Positions 39,382 through 51,249 of a DNA stretch of 64,000 nucleotides are shown in pieces. The notes under the pieces were generated by a model. It was not told where the DNA came from, did not search any database, and saw nothing but the letters and a program-made list of their open reading frames with translations. The first letter of the stretch is position 1; every line of letters starts with the position of its first letter. The stretch comes from Eledone cirrhosa. Its lineage: Eukaryota. The stretch spans positions 8,184,001 through 8,248,000 of the forward strand of contig OZ024748.1 of assembly GCA_964016885.1 (NCBI GenBank), in the 5' to 3' direction. A program made the translations under genes and the position numbers.

Positions 39382-39424
39382 CAAGAGTAGTGACATGTCG
39401 ATATGCTGTGCTGTCTTCGTACAT
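39382..39424 (-). CDS. UMA-domain microprotein, coding exon 1 (MYEDSTAYRHVTTL+G)
   Basis: Acceptor tttgtaacag| with exon starting 39479, ATG at 39424, donor G|gtaggt in phase 1, matching the next exon. Confidence 0.6.
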
Positions 39425-39699
39425 GATATCAGGAATCAATTTTTAGTCAATAAAAATATAAGATATCACCAAATGTTAACTGTTACAAATGAGAGTAGTA
39501 AGAGTTATCTACCCTTGATTGATTAACACACACACACACACACACACTCTCTCTCTCTCTCAAGGCTAATTAAAAGTTTATTGTGATTCGACGGCTGATT
39601 GATTAAATGGATCTATAGTCAACCTAAACCATGTGTGTGCGAAGAGGAACAGATTAAAAAAGAAATGTTCTATTGAGGTCAAGAGGGTCATAAAAAAGT

Positions 39700-40150
39700 T
39701 TCTAACAAGGGCTGAACACAATAGAATCAAATCCCATTGTCACTGCGCCCGTCTCTCTCGCTCACCCCATCTGTCACTATATTTGTTTCTACTTTAGGCA
39801 CAAGGCCAGCAATTCCCCAGTTCATTACTGGTACTTTATTTTATCGACCCCGTAAGGATGAAAGGCAAAGTCAACCTCGGCGGGATTTGAACTCAGATCG
39901 TAAAGGGACGTAACTATGCTGGAAAGCATGGCATTTGTCACTATATTAAGCTATGGACACCCACGCATTGGTGACAGAATAGACAAGGAATTTCCCCAGA
40001 GGATGGTGAGGGAGACGTGTTGGAAGAACAGCCATTCCAGCTGGCGAAGTTCACACCTGCGGGTAGTCAACTCCGTGCCGATGGTGGTGAATAAGGAGGT
40101 GATCCTAGGGCCATGGACACCAGAAGTCTCCACTGCTACGGGCTCGACCG
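39700..40150 (+). mobile_element. Interspersed repeat (copies at ~17755-17890, 19597-19670, 44255-44540) interrupted by a minus-strand SINE A (39784-39935)
   Basis: TGTCACTATATT target-site duplication at 39772 and 39936. Confidence 0.7.
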
Positions 40151-41698
40151 CAAACCCTTCGGAGAGCGATCGATATTTGGAGAGTTTACCTTTCTCGGCC
40201 CGAACTGCCGATGGAGGTTTTACTACTAATGGTTCTGATTTCTATTGAATGTAAGTATTACGAATGTGTTGTCACTGTTGCCTTAAATACCAAAAGTGTG
40301 CTCAAACATCGCTCTACGCTAGTGATACGACCCCGGGTGGTGTGTGTGTGTGGGGGGGGGGGCTCTCTGGCGGATAGGACCCCAGGTGCTGGCCACCTGA
40401 TCGTCCCAGCGCATAAAATAAAATAAGTGTAGCCCCCTGAGGATGGCGAGAGGAGGAAGTGTGGTACTGATGATTATAGGAGAATTGACGGTCCTTCGTC
40501 GGTTTGGACGATGAGTGTTCCTCATTAAATCCGGCTCTGGTCAAGAGTACTCATGTCTGTGGAATACCCTGGCCGCTTAACACGTTATTTCATGAGCAAG
40601 CTATTCCGTTGTATTGATTGAACAACTGCAATACACATCATAAAAACAGACAAATATCTGTCTATCTATCTATCTATCGAAAGATCGATCGATCGATATA
40701 TACACATATGTATTCACATGTGTATCAATTACAATAGATGTGATGCCGTAATCGATAGGGTGTTTCCCGATCTATTTTTAGACTGTTATCGAAAGCGAGA
40801 CTTGGCACCAGGGGCAACGTGGCTTTACGTCACAGTATCCATCTTTGACAATTCCCACACTGGTAAACAAGAATCTTTTTAACGTTTCTCATCCTTTATA
40901 ATTAATTTTATTATAACAACTTGTATCTTTGACTGTCTTTATGTCGACGTGTATATAATGTATATATAAATATATATATATATCTGTCTGTTGGTGTGTA
41001 TATGTCGGTGTCTGTAGAAGCACTGTTAATTATTGTATAATAATTCTTACACACATTTACGTATATATTTGTTTACTGCATGTAATGTACATTACTAAAA
41101 ACATGCTTTTAACTAAATATTTTTAACTAATTAAATAGTTGTTTGTTCATAACTAACTACAATACATTTATTTCCAACCTCATCACAAGTCATTCTATTT
41201 TAAATAAAAAGTAATTTATACTTTAGAAAGCAAACATCTATAAGAAATGTGTCTTATTGTCAAGATATATTTTATGTTGTGTAAAAAATCTTACGATATT
41301 TATCAGCTGTAATGTAATATTTTATTTAAAACTATCAACATTTTTGACATTACATTTCATCAATCTTTCTCTCTATTATTTCTTAACTTCACAAAACTGA
41401 TATATTCTTAAATAAAAGAACAAGCAACAATTCGCCCTTTGTATGTGTAGCCTGCAATTAAATGTCTACGTTTTCTCCTGTTGTTTTTCCTCTTCCTCTT
41501 CTCAGTATAGATTATTATATATTGTAGTCTGATATAATATATAAGTGTTGATTCATCGATAAATATAATATTAGACCTACAACTAATAAATATAATATTA
41601 GACCTACAAGTTAAAATGTTTCCATGTTTGTCAACTCTATGTATTTACAATATTAGTAAGCCCTGCCACTGACTTCTTGTTGCTTATGTGGCACTTAC

Positions 41699-41766
41699 TG
41701 AAAAACCTGTCGTCCCACTTTAACTGCAGTGCACAGTTTATCTTGAGAAGTAAACTTTAAAGTTCT
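41699..41766 (-). other. Candidate 5'UTR exon of the UMA gene
   Basis: ccactacag| ... TCA|gtaagt; contains no ATG; an upstream donor AAT|gtaagg lies at 42399. Confidence 0.35.
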
Positions 41767-41778
41767 CTGTAGTGGAAG

Positions 41779-41844
<66 letters not shown>

Positions 41845-42022
41845 ATAATAATTGTAGCACACTATAAGCTTTAGCCCCCTCACCAGATAGCCTCAAGTAG
41901 ACCGAATAGTCAGCACTTGAGGGCGACCGGCTAAAGTGGAAGATGCTAGATGGTCGGTCGTCCTCCGGTCTTTGATTTTCAGCCCCATGGATTTTATGTT
42001 ACATTCATTTATTATATTTCGA

Positions 42023-42080
42023 ATACCTGATGATATCACCGGATTCATACGGAACCCGGTCATTGAAATGATCATAGTAT
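42023..42080 (+). ncRNA. Minimal type-I hammerhead ribozyme motif in a (TA)n-flanked Penelope-like element (~41850-42275)
   Basis: AUAC-CUGAUGA-stem II (ACCGG/CCGGU)-GAAA-U gauc A-UA^GUAU, followed by AATAAA. Confidence 0.65.
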
Positions 42081-43229
42081 AATAAACCTTTCAAGGATTT
42101 ACACAAGTCCAGCCTCCTGTCATTTTATTATAATATTTAACTCCATACTAGCACCACCAACTACAAAAACGAAGACGGTTGAACTGCTTTACGTTGAGTA
42201 CTCTCTATATTATTACATTAAGATTGACCATACGGAATTGACCAGCTCTATCCAGTGGTGAACCTTCACACCTGAATATATATATATATAATATCAACTC
42301 GTCCTATGGCCTGAGTGCTCTTACCCTCGGATATTTCTACCAAAGCATACTACAGTATATATATATATATATAATATGGACGAGGTGTCAAATTTTCCTT
42401 ACATTTATTGAGGTGTGACGCACGTTTCGCGATTGTGTCAGCTTAAGGTTCGATCTGTGTCTATCGCGCACGACTCTGGAATCAAAAGCTCATCAAACTT
42501 CTGTTAGCGTAATGACATACATACATACAAACATATACATCTATTTGTATATATACATACATACATACATATATATATATATGTGTGTGTATACATGAAT
42601 GATATAATTTAAATGAAAGGAATAAAGATTGAGTCATGAGATTCAACATGTGATATCATGGTGAGTTGGTGATGTGGGTAAGGATGGTTGAAGTTAAACA
42701 GTAGTTTGAATTAATTGAGAGCACCTTGCGAGTGCTTTGAAAACCCTTTATTTCACACACACACACACACACACACACTCCTGTCATCTTTCAGGCATGG
42801 AAAAATTATAGCTAGGATAGTAGGTGTAAATTAAAATGACTTTAGTAACAATCAAAATTATTTAAGAGAGGAAGGTTTGATATTTCGAGCTTTGTCCTTC
42901 GTCTGAGAAGTAAGGATTTTAGTATATAAGAGGTAACCAAGTTTATAATAGTCCTTTGTTAATGTTTGTGAAATTGGTACACAGCTTCTATTACATTATA
43001 CGAGGTAATTTAAATGGTGTTTATAAACAAATGTTAGGTAATTTAATTTTATTTGAATATACCGCCACAGTCCAAAGTCTTATTCTGACTAGTCTTAAGT
43101 GGAACCTCTTGAAATGACTTCAGGCAGCGAATCATTTTTTTTCTCTTTTAGCGAGACTATTAGTTACCAAGTAACATGTCTTCTTCTTTGCCCACTTATT
43201 CCTGAGGGTACTGTCAAAAGCCCTTTCCT

Positions 43230-43340
43230 GATGATTTCCTTCGAATGAAACAGTTTTAGTCCTGTAGAAGCCATTTCTATATTAAATTTGATGTTTACAC
43301 TCTACTACCTTACTCTGGGTATTCTCGATTGAACCCAGGA
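43230..43340 (+). mobile_element. Penelope-like terminal fragment with a hammerhead core lacking stem I
   Basis: CTGATGA-tttc cttc gaat-GAAAC agtttta GTC; abuts (CA)n/(TA)n. Confidence 0.5.
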
Positions 43341-43512
43341 CTCACACACACACATATATATATATATGTGTGTGTATATTTATATTTATATATATATATA
43401 TATATGTGTGTGTATATTTATATATTTATTTATGTTAGTAGTTAGAATAAATCTAAAATTCTTAGTTTTCAGTTTTGGTAGCCAATTGTCTGTGTAGATC
43501 TGATGGTCCAAG

Positions 43513-43624
43513 ATGATGGAAGAAGTGTTTACTGATCAACAAGCAGAGATTCTGGAGAAGCTGGAATCTTCTGCCCAAATTGCTCACCAACTTCAAGAGG
43601 CAGCACAGACAGATGTTATTTCCT
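43513..43624 (+). CDS. PRRC1: PRRC1 coding exon 1 (MMEEVFTDQQAEILEKLE...)
   Basis: Acceptor ttttcag| at 43482, MMEE start as in PRRC1 orthologs, donor T|gtaagt. Confidence 0.8.
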
Positions 43625-44061
43625 GTAAGTAATTAATATTATCTTATTTACTTAGTAAGGATGTTATATTAGCCGAAGCAGTAGAGCATCGGATAAAATA
43701 CTGTTGCAGTAATATAGTCACGACTTACTATGTTCTGAGTTCAAATCCCACCGAGGTCAATTTTACCTTTCATTCTTCCAGGGTTGATAGAATAAAGTAC
43801 CAGTTAAGTACTGGGGTTGATTTAATCAACTTTGCTAAACATTCTTGAAAAGTACAAAACACTATGAAGGAATCAGATTATAAATTTAAGTTTTAACTGC
43901 AAATTTTTCCAACAATCTGTCCACTAGTAAAGATACTGTAAACATTTGAATTAAACCTATTTTGGGATATTTTCTGCTGTATCACTAAGATATTAAGAAT
44001 TAAGACGACAATTATTGCATCATCCTAGAACTGTTCTTTAATAATCTGATTTATCTTTCAG

Positions 44062-44186
44062 CTGCCAATGGAAATGGTAATAGCAGCGGTAACGGAAGTT
44101 CAGCTTCACCTATGTTATCTTCTTTTAGTTCTTCCCTTTCCAGTAGTTTTACAGATGGATCAACAATTTTCCAAACTACAGCTGAT
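44062..44186 (+). CDS. PRRC1: PRRC1 coding exon 2 (Ser-rich)
   Basis: ctttcag| ... GAT|gtgagt; phases 1-0 consistent. Confidence 0.75.
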
Positions 44187-44641
44187 GTGAGTTCTTTTGA
44201 TAAATTTCTTTACATTTTTGTCTTTAACTTTTAACGTCCAGTAAATACAATTGCCTGAAGCAGTGGAGACTTCTGGTGTCCTTGGCCCTAGGGCCACCTC
44301 CCTACTCACCACCATCAGCACAGTTGGTTACCCGCAGGTGTGAGCCTCATGAGCTGGGATGGCTCTTCCAGTGCATCTCCCTCACCATCCTCCAAGGAAA
44401 TCCCTTCTCTATTCTGTCCACCAGGTCCATGGGGTAACCAGTGCGTGGCTCCCATTTGCTCATAATAGTCAGAGATGGAAAGAGCAGGAGAGGCAGTGAC
44501 AGTGGAAGTTTGGTTCCTTTGTGTTTGGACCTGGTGTATATGAGAGATGGGGTGGTTTGGGGCAGGTTTGTAACAAAAGGGTTAACATTCATAAAAATTT
44601 GAAGACCTCAAACATCAATTTTATTTTTCTTTCTTTTCCAG

Positions 44642-44679
44642 GCTTCTTCATCCCCCATCCCAACACTAGGAACTCCAAG
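44642..44679 (+). CDS. PRRC1: PRRC1 coding exon 3
   Basis: ttttccag| ... AG|gtaatt; phases 0-2. Confidence 0.7.
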
Positions 44680-45025
44680 GTAATTACTTTGAGAATTTGT
44701 TTCTGTTTTTATGTCTGTGTTTCTTTGAATCATTTTCTAGTTGTTAAATATACAACTACAGTACAACATTCATACTGATGTTATGGTATTGTTCTCAAAA
44801 TAAATATCGCAATTTCATAAATTCAGTATTATGCGAGATAAAGTCTTTACTATAAAAATACAATAGTAAATATAGAGTAATGTAAATGGTAAAGAGTTAA
44901 ATTATATACAATGCTGTTTTATAGGAGTCAGTAATTTATTAATTAGACTTTCACCTCATTATTGTTTTATATTTGTAACTGTTATTATGAAAGGAAGGAA
45001 ACATTATAACCATTTTATGTTCCAG

Positions 45026-45135
45026 CATGACTATGGTCAGTTCTTTGATGACAGAAAATAATCAAATTGATACTTCAATGTCCAATTTAACCTTATCTCA
45101 ACCAGCTTCCATTCAAGACTTAACTTCCACTTCAG
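45026..45135 (+). CDS. PRRC1: PRRC1 coding exon 4
   Basis: ttccag| ... G|gtgagt; phases 2-1; open frame. Confidence 0.75.
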
Positions 45136-45552
45136 GTGAGTCAACATTTTAATTTTGGTTTATTTTTGCTGTTTAAAGTTCATCAAATTGAACCATTTCA
45201 ACAATTCTTTTCATATTGCTCCAGTATACTCAGCTGTAAATAAGTACCAGTAATAGCTGGGGGTTTAATCTTGCGATGGTTTAATCTGGCATCCTGTCCA
45301 GGGGGAAGTCTTGTACTCTCTGTTGCTTTATGCCATGAAACCGGGATAAGCACTGGTGTAATGAGCCTTCTGGCTTAAAACAGACTTTAACTCTGCGGTG
45401 GACTGGCTTCCTGGCCAGTAGGAGTCTTGTACTCTCAGGCTTAACGAGCCTCTGAGCTTGAGACAGACTTAGATGATTCAGTAGAAAAAAATTTAAATAA
45501 CACCATTTCTCTGTTTCTGTGATATGTTGAACTAATCTATTTCTAACATTAG

Positions 45553-45686
45553 ATCATGTAGAAACTCCAATAATACCCAGAACTGAAATATCCACTCTAC
45601 AACATGACACAACACAGGCACATGGAAGTTTGTTTGGTTGGTTTTCTGGAAGCAGTTTCGTTTCCCGTGTTGTTGAGAAGACTAAG
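45553..45686 (+). CDS. PRRC1: PRRC1 coding exon 5 (..GSLFGWFSGSSFVSRVVEKTK)
   Basis: Resembles the PRRC1 GIWGF...VLDKTK segment; donor AAG|gtaatt. Confidence 0.85.
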
Positions 45687-45843
45687 GTAATTTCATGTTT
45701 GTGTCATCATCACCACCATCATCATCATTACCATCATTATCATTTGTCCATTTTCCTTTCAAGGGATGGGCTCATTCTCAGTTCAGAGAAAGAAAACTTT
45801 TTTTATTTACTTAACATATTTCTATATATATTTCTTTCTACAG

Positions 45844-45898
45844 AGTTCTGTTGAAAGTGTGATTACAACTTTGGATCCTCAGATGAAAGAATATATAA
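45844..45898 (+). CDS. PRRC1: PRRC1 coding exon 6 (SSVESVITTLDPQMKEYI)
   Basis: SVES.ITTLDP.M..YI signature. Confidence 0.9.
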
Positions 45899-45974
45899 GT
45901 AAGTATTCAGTGAAAGTTTATTTTGATTAGAGGATACATATTTATTTTACAAACTTAATTATGGAGGAATTGTC

Positions 45975-46235
45975 CAACCCACACTGTAAAGTGGTCTTGT
46001 AGGTGACACAACAAAAAGCTCCCAATCCACACTGTAAAGCGGTCATGTAGTTGTCATAACAAAAGGTACCCAGCCCACACTGTGAAGTGGTCGTGTAGGT
46101 GACACAATAAAAAGCACCCAGTCGACTCTGTAAAGGGGTTGTGTAGGTGTCACGACAATAAGTGCCCAGCCCACTGTGTAAAGAAGCTGTTATGACAAAA
46201 AGCTCCCAGTCTACACTGTGAAGTGGTCATGTATG
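45975..46235. repeat. ~48-bp tandem repeat (~5 units) inside a SINE
   Basis: CCCAGCCCACACTGTAAAGTGGT...ACAAAAAGCA unit, the same as at 55925-56560. Confidence 0.8.
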
Positions 46236-46544
46236 AAATAACTAAAATTACTAGACAGATTTGATCAAATTAGAAATATAAGCGAGATGCAACCCCTTCC
46301 CCATCTGAGAGGCCTGTAACACTGATTAAGGACTGACTTGGTCTATGACAACCCATCTAGCCTCTGTTAGCAGCGAAAACATACATTAAATGATGATGAT
46401 GGTGCTGATTTGGCACGATTTCTATAACTGGATGACCTTCCTATCACTGCCCTTTTTGTAAGACACCTTCATCAAAGAAATTTGCTTTTTTTTGGTAGTC
46501 TAAATATCTTCCAGTGTGTGTGTATATATATATATATACTTATA

Positions 46545-46580
<36 letters not shown>

Positions 46581-46610
46581 CTTATATATGTGTGTGTATA
46601 TATATATACT

Positions 46611-46644
<34 letters not shown>

Positions 46645-46704
46645 CTTATATATGTGTGTGTGTGTGTATATATATATACTTATATATTACATTATAGTTG
46701 ACAG

Positions 46705-46925
46705 TCATCATCATCATCATCATCACCGTTTTACGTCCGTTCTTCCATGCTAGCACGGGTTAGACGGGTTGTCCTGTTGTGAGCAGTGTCTGGTCGGCTG
46801 ACCATGCCTTGCTCATACAGGAACTGATTTTGGCTTGATTTCTACAGCTGGATGCCCTTCCTAACACCAACCTCATTTACAGTGTGGGCTGGGTGCTTTT
46901 TTGCCGTGGCACCTCCACGACCGCT
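46705..46925 (-). mobile_element. SINE with an RTE-LINE-like 3' tail and (TGA)n end
   Basis: Tail TTTTACGTC..CCATGCTAGCACGGGTTAGACGGG resembles the adjacent LINE 3' end. Confidence 0.7.
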
Positions 46926-47003
46926 TTGCAGTGGGAGGGTGTGGGGGCATATTGTCTATATGCTATGACAGTTACATAGATAAAACACCCATGCAACATG
47001 TAT

Positions 47004-49856
47004 TCATCATCATCATCATCATTTTACGTCAGCTTTTCCTTGCTTGCAAGGGTGGGACGGGTCTTATTCAACACAGCATCTCTCCACTTGTCACGGTCCT
47101 TCGTCATATCCACCATGAGCTTCAGCGATCTGAGGTCTGTTCTCACCACCTCCGCCCATGTTTTTCGTGGTCTACCTCTACCACGTCTTCCTTCAACTGG
47201 CATTTCCTGGCACTTCTTCACCCATCGGTCATCCTCCATGCGCATCACATGTCCATACCACCTCAGTCTCCTCTCCTGTACACTACATTCTATCCCTCTC
47301 AGACACAGTTTCTCTCTCAACACATTCATGCTGGGTCGTTCACAACATTGACACTGCATATCCAACGGAGCATGCTTGCCTCATTTCTCTCCAGCCGTCG
47401 CATATCCTCTGCAGTTGCTGCCCATGTCTCACTACCATGCAGCATCGCGCTCCTCACACAGGCATCATATAACTGGCCTTTCGTACGCGGGGAGAAACCC
47501 TTCTTCATCAGCAGAGGAAGCAGCTCCCTAAACTTCTTCCAACCATCCTTATTCTAGATACTATGGCCTCGGAACACCCCCCTCCCATGCTAATCTGATC
47601 TCCTAGGTACCGGAAGCTATCCACCACTTCTATAGCACCCGCCTGCATTTGAAAAATGTGTCTATCAATGCGACTTTTACTATCTAATTTCCCTGTACAT
47701 CTACTGCATACATATTTCTCCCTACCTGTCAGTTTACCTGCTATCCCGCTACATCTCTTGTGTACCCAGGATCTGCATTGTGTGCATTTTATAGAATTTA
47801 TGCCAGTTCCTTTTCTGCATATTGAACATCGCCATTTCCCTGATGGAATCAGAGTTTTGTCTTCTTTTCTACTCATCAACACTTTTGTCTTAGCTAGGTT
47901 CACTCTCAGTCCTCTTGCTTCCAACTGCTGTTTCCATAGCCAGAATTTATTCTCTAGCTCCTCTACTGATTCTGCTATAAGAACCAGATCGTCAGCATAG
48001 AGAAGTTCCCATGGAAAGCCAGTCTTAAACTCCTCTGTTATGGCTTGGAGGACTATAATGAACAAGAGCGGGCTGAAGACCGAACCTTGATGTACTCCTA
48101 CCTGTATCTGGAACTCCTCACTAAACTCCATTCCTACCCTGACTTTACTGACAGTACCTCTGTACAAAGTTTGCACTGTCCTCACAAGCCGTTCCTCAAC
48201 ACCTAGTTTCCTTAGGGACCACCAGATGACAGATTGGGGTACCCTATCAAAGGCCTTCTCTGGGTCAACAAAGGCTAAGTATAGTGGCTTATTTTTCTCT
48301 AAGAACCTCTCTTGCAATTGTCTCACCAAGAAGAGGGCATCTGTTGTACTCTTCCCAGGCACAAAACCAAACTGTATCTCATCTAGTTTGACCCTTTCTC
48401 TAATTAGTTGTGCTAATATCCTTTCTGCCACTTTCATAACCTGATCCATCAGTTTTATACCCCCTATAATTGCTCCTCTCCAGAGCATCCCCTTTACCTT
48501 TGTAGCAATTTATGAGAATACTGCTGCACCAGTCTTTGGGTATGATACCACCATATATAGCCTGATTGATGATGCGTGCAACCAGTTTAGTGCCTACGTC
48601 CCCTGATGCCTTCAGCATCTCAGCAACTATTCCCGATGGTCCAGCAGCCTTACCATTTTTCATTTCTTTAATTGCCTCTTGGACCCTATATTCGTCAATC
48701 TCAATAGCTGGTCCCTCTGTTGGATCTACTGAAGGTAATTTCTCTCTCTCTAATTCGTTCTCCACATTCATCAGTGTCTCATAATGACATTTCCAGGCCT
48801 CCTTTTTCTGATCATTCGTGACATTAAGTACACCGACATCATTCCGGACACATTTATCTCCAACAACATCCTGATTTGCATTGACACATTGCCTTGCAAT
48901 GTGGAACACCGCACGCCTCTGATCTTCCCATCGCAGAACATTGGCAAACCTCCTACTCTCAGCCTCCCTGCATGCTAAGTACACCTGACGTCTAGCTTCT
49001 CTCTTAGAGGCTGTATATTCTTCCCTACTCCCACCCTTTTTCCAAGCCTTCCATGCTAGTCTTTTGTCTCTAATGGCCTTATCTACTGTGCTGTTCCACC
49101 ACCAGGTCACTCTGTCTGGTTGGAGCTCTGCTCCAGCCACAAGTTTCATCAGTAGCCTGCAGTAAGTTGTCACGTAAGAAATTCCAGTTATTATCTATGT
49201 CATACGTCTCTAAACCGTCTTCTTTTTCGTCATACACATCTTGAAGGGCTTTCCTAAATTTGTATTTTAGTGAAAGCTCTTTTAGCTTCCAGACCTTTCT
49301 TCTCCACACTTTCCTGTATGTCTCATTCCATCTCTTGCTTACTGAGATATCACTAATGACTAACCTATGCTGTGGGGTACATTCTTCCCCAGGGTATGCC
49401 TTGGTATTAGACACTATCTGCCTGTCCCGCTGCCTAACTAGTAAGAAGTCAATCTGGCTTATGTGCTCGCCAGATTTGTAGGTTATTAGGTGGTTGGCAG
49501 GTTTCTGGAAGTTTGTGTTGCAAATAGTCAGTGTACTTGCATCACAAAATTCAAGAAGTCTCAATCCTTCATTTCTTGAGCCGTAACCACGCCCACCATG
49601 TACCCCAGTGTAACCATCCTGGAGCTGTCCAACATGACCATTGAAGTCCCCTGCTAGCATAACGATGTCTCCGTCCTCTGTCATTGCGGTTGTTTGTAAA
49701 AGTTGTTCGTAAAAGCAGTCTTTCTCATCTTTGCCTAGGCCTGCTTGGGGAGCATAGGCAGAGATGATTGTCAGTAGTCTCCTGCCTACAATTAATCTAA
49801 GCTTTAATTATTCAATTACTAACTCGAACTACCTCTATTGTCTTATTGATCCATCT
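47004..49856 (-). mobile_element. 5'-truncated, frameshifted RTE-type LINE (APE endonuclease, reverse transcriptase, Cys-rich finger) in PRRC1 intron 6
   Basis: GDFNGHVG, SQIDFLLV, QHRLV (APE); QFGFVPGKSTTDA, GVHQGSVFSP, LYADD (RT); RLRWYGHVMRM; (TGA)n tail; reading frame split across several ORFs. Confidence 0.95.
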
Positions 49857-49905
49857 CATATATTTTATTTGTTTAGTTGTCAAAATAATTATTTTTCTTC
49901 TTAAG

Positions 49906-50015
49906 AGAGTGGTGGTGACATTGATATTATTGTGGCATCAACGAAAGAGGTAAAAATTGGACCTATACGTGAAGCTATGCAACAGGCTTTTGGTCGGGCA
50001 ACAGTTACAGGGAGA
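49906..50015 (+). CDS. PRRC1: PRRC1 coding exon 7 (KSGGDIDIIVASTKEVKIGPIREAMQQAFGRATVTGR)
   Basis: Start of the NTPase-like domain; ttaag| ... AGA|gtaagt. Confidence 0.9.
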
Positions 50016-50382
50016 GTAAGTGTTATTTCAACTAATTTTGTATTTATAATAATTGTTTCTACTTTTGACACAAGGCCAGCAATTACCCAGTACATTACTG
50101 GTACTTTATTTTATCGACTCTGTAAGGATGAAAGGCAAAGTTAACCTCGGCAGAATTTGAACTCAGACTGTAAAGGGACGTAACTATGCTAGAAAGCATG
50201 GCGTCCAACCCTCTACCGATACTGCCAATTCACCGAATGAAGGTTAATCAACATTTTCATTGATAATGTATTTTTAAAAACGTTTTTTTTTCTCATTCCA
50301 AATATACCAAATATAGACATTGATATATTTTTTATTATTGCTGATACAACTGTATTCATACAATCAGATAAATACATACATT

Positions 50383-50870
50383 TTAACCCTTTAGCATTTA
50401 AACTGGCTGTAACCGGCAACTCATCAAGGTGTTGTTCTAAAAATAAATAACCTCAATATTTCATAGATTCGATATTATGTGAGGTAAAGCCTTTACCATG
50501 AAAATACAATAGTATATATAGAGTAATGTAAATGTTATGTGAGATATTACGTGAGATAAAGCCTTTACCATGAAAATACAATAGTATATATAGAGTAATG
50601 TAAATGTTATGTGAGATATTACGTGAGGTAAAGCCTTTACCATGAAAATACAATAGTAAATATAGAGTAATGTAAATGTTATGTGAGGTAAAGCCTTTAC
50701 CATGAAAATACAATAGTAAATATAGAGTAATGTAAATGTTATGTGAGGTAAAGCCTTTACTGTGAAAATACAATAGTAAATATAGAGTAATGTAAATGTT
50801 ATGTGAGGTAAAGCCTTTACTGTGAAAATACAATAGTAAATATAGAGTAATGTAAATGATAAAAGGTTAA
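50383..50870. mobile_element. TTAA MITE whose 3' segment is amplified as a 60-bp tandem array (50475-50860, ~6 units)
   Basis: TTAACCCTTTAGCATTTA left end, AAAAGGTTAA right end; lines 50641-50821 repeat with a 60-nt period. Confidence 0.85.
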
Positions 50871-50959
50871 TATTCACTTTATAATGTTGATACAATTAAA
50901 TATTGTCTGATTCTAAATAAATGGTAGAGTGATGTTATTTTGTTTCTATATTTCTTTAG

Positions 50960-51117
50960 AACAGTGAGACCAGTACTGCAGCACAACCTGTTGGCTACAC
51001 TGCCGCTCTTAGAGGAGCTCAAGAAAGAATATCTCGTTTGCGTCAACAGGATGATATTAATGAGAAACAAGCAGTTGTTGCTATTGAAGGTTTCATTGTA
51101 GAACTTCAAGCTGATGG
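50960..51117 (+). CDS. PRRC1: PRRC1 coding exon 8 (..AAQPVGYTAALRGAQERI..)
   Basis: QPVGY...GAQERI signature; phases 0-2. Confidence 0.9.
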
Positions 51118-51249
51118 GTAATGTTTCTAATTATTTATATTAAACTTGTATAAATAATTACTATTTTGATAGGAAGAGCATCTAATTGTAAAAGATTTTA
51201 TTATATGTTTACCAGTCTAAATTCTATGTTATTTCTTTTTTTCTAACAG

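Noticed and set aside
42876-42908. Minus-strand CAGACGA..GCTCGAAA and the similar CTGAAAA..GAAAC at ~10975-10997
   Set aside because: Core nucleotides are mutated and stems do not pair; at most dead Penelope-type remnants
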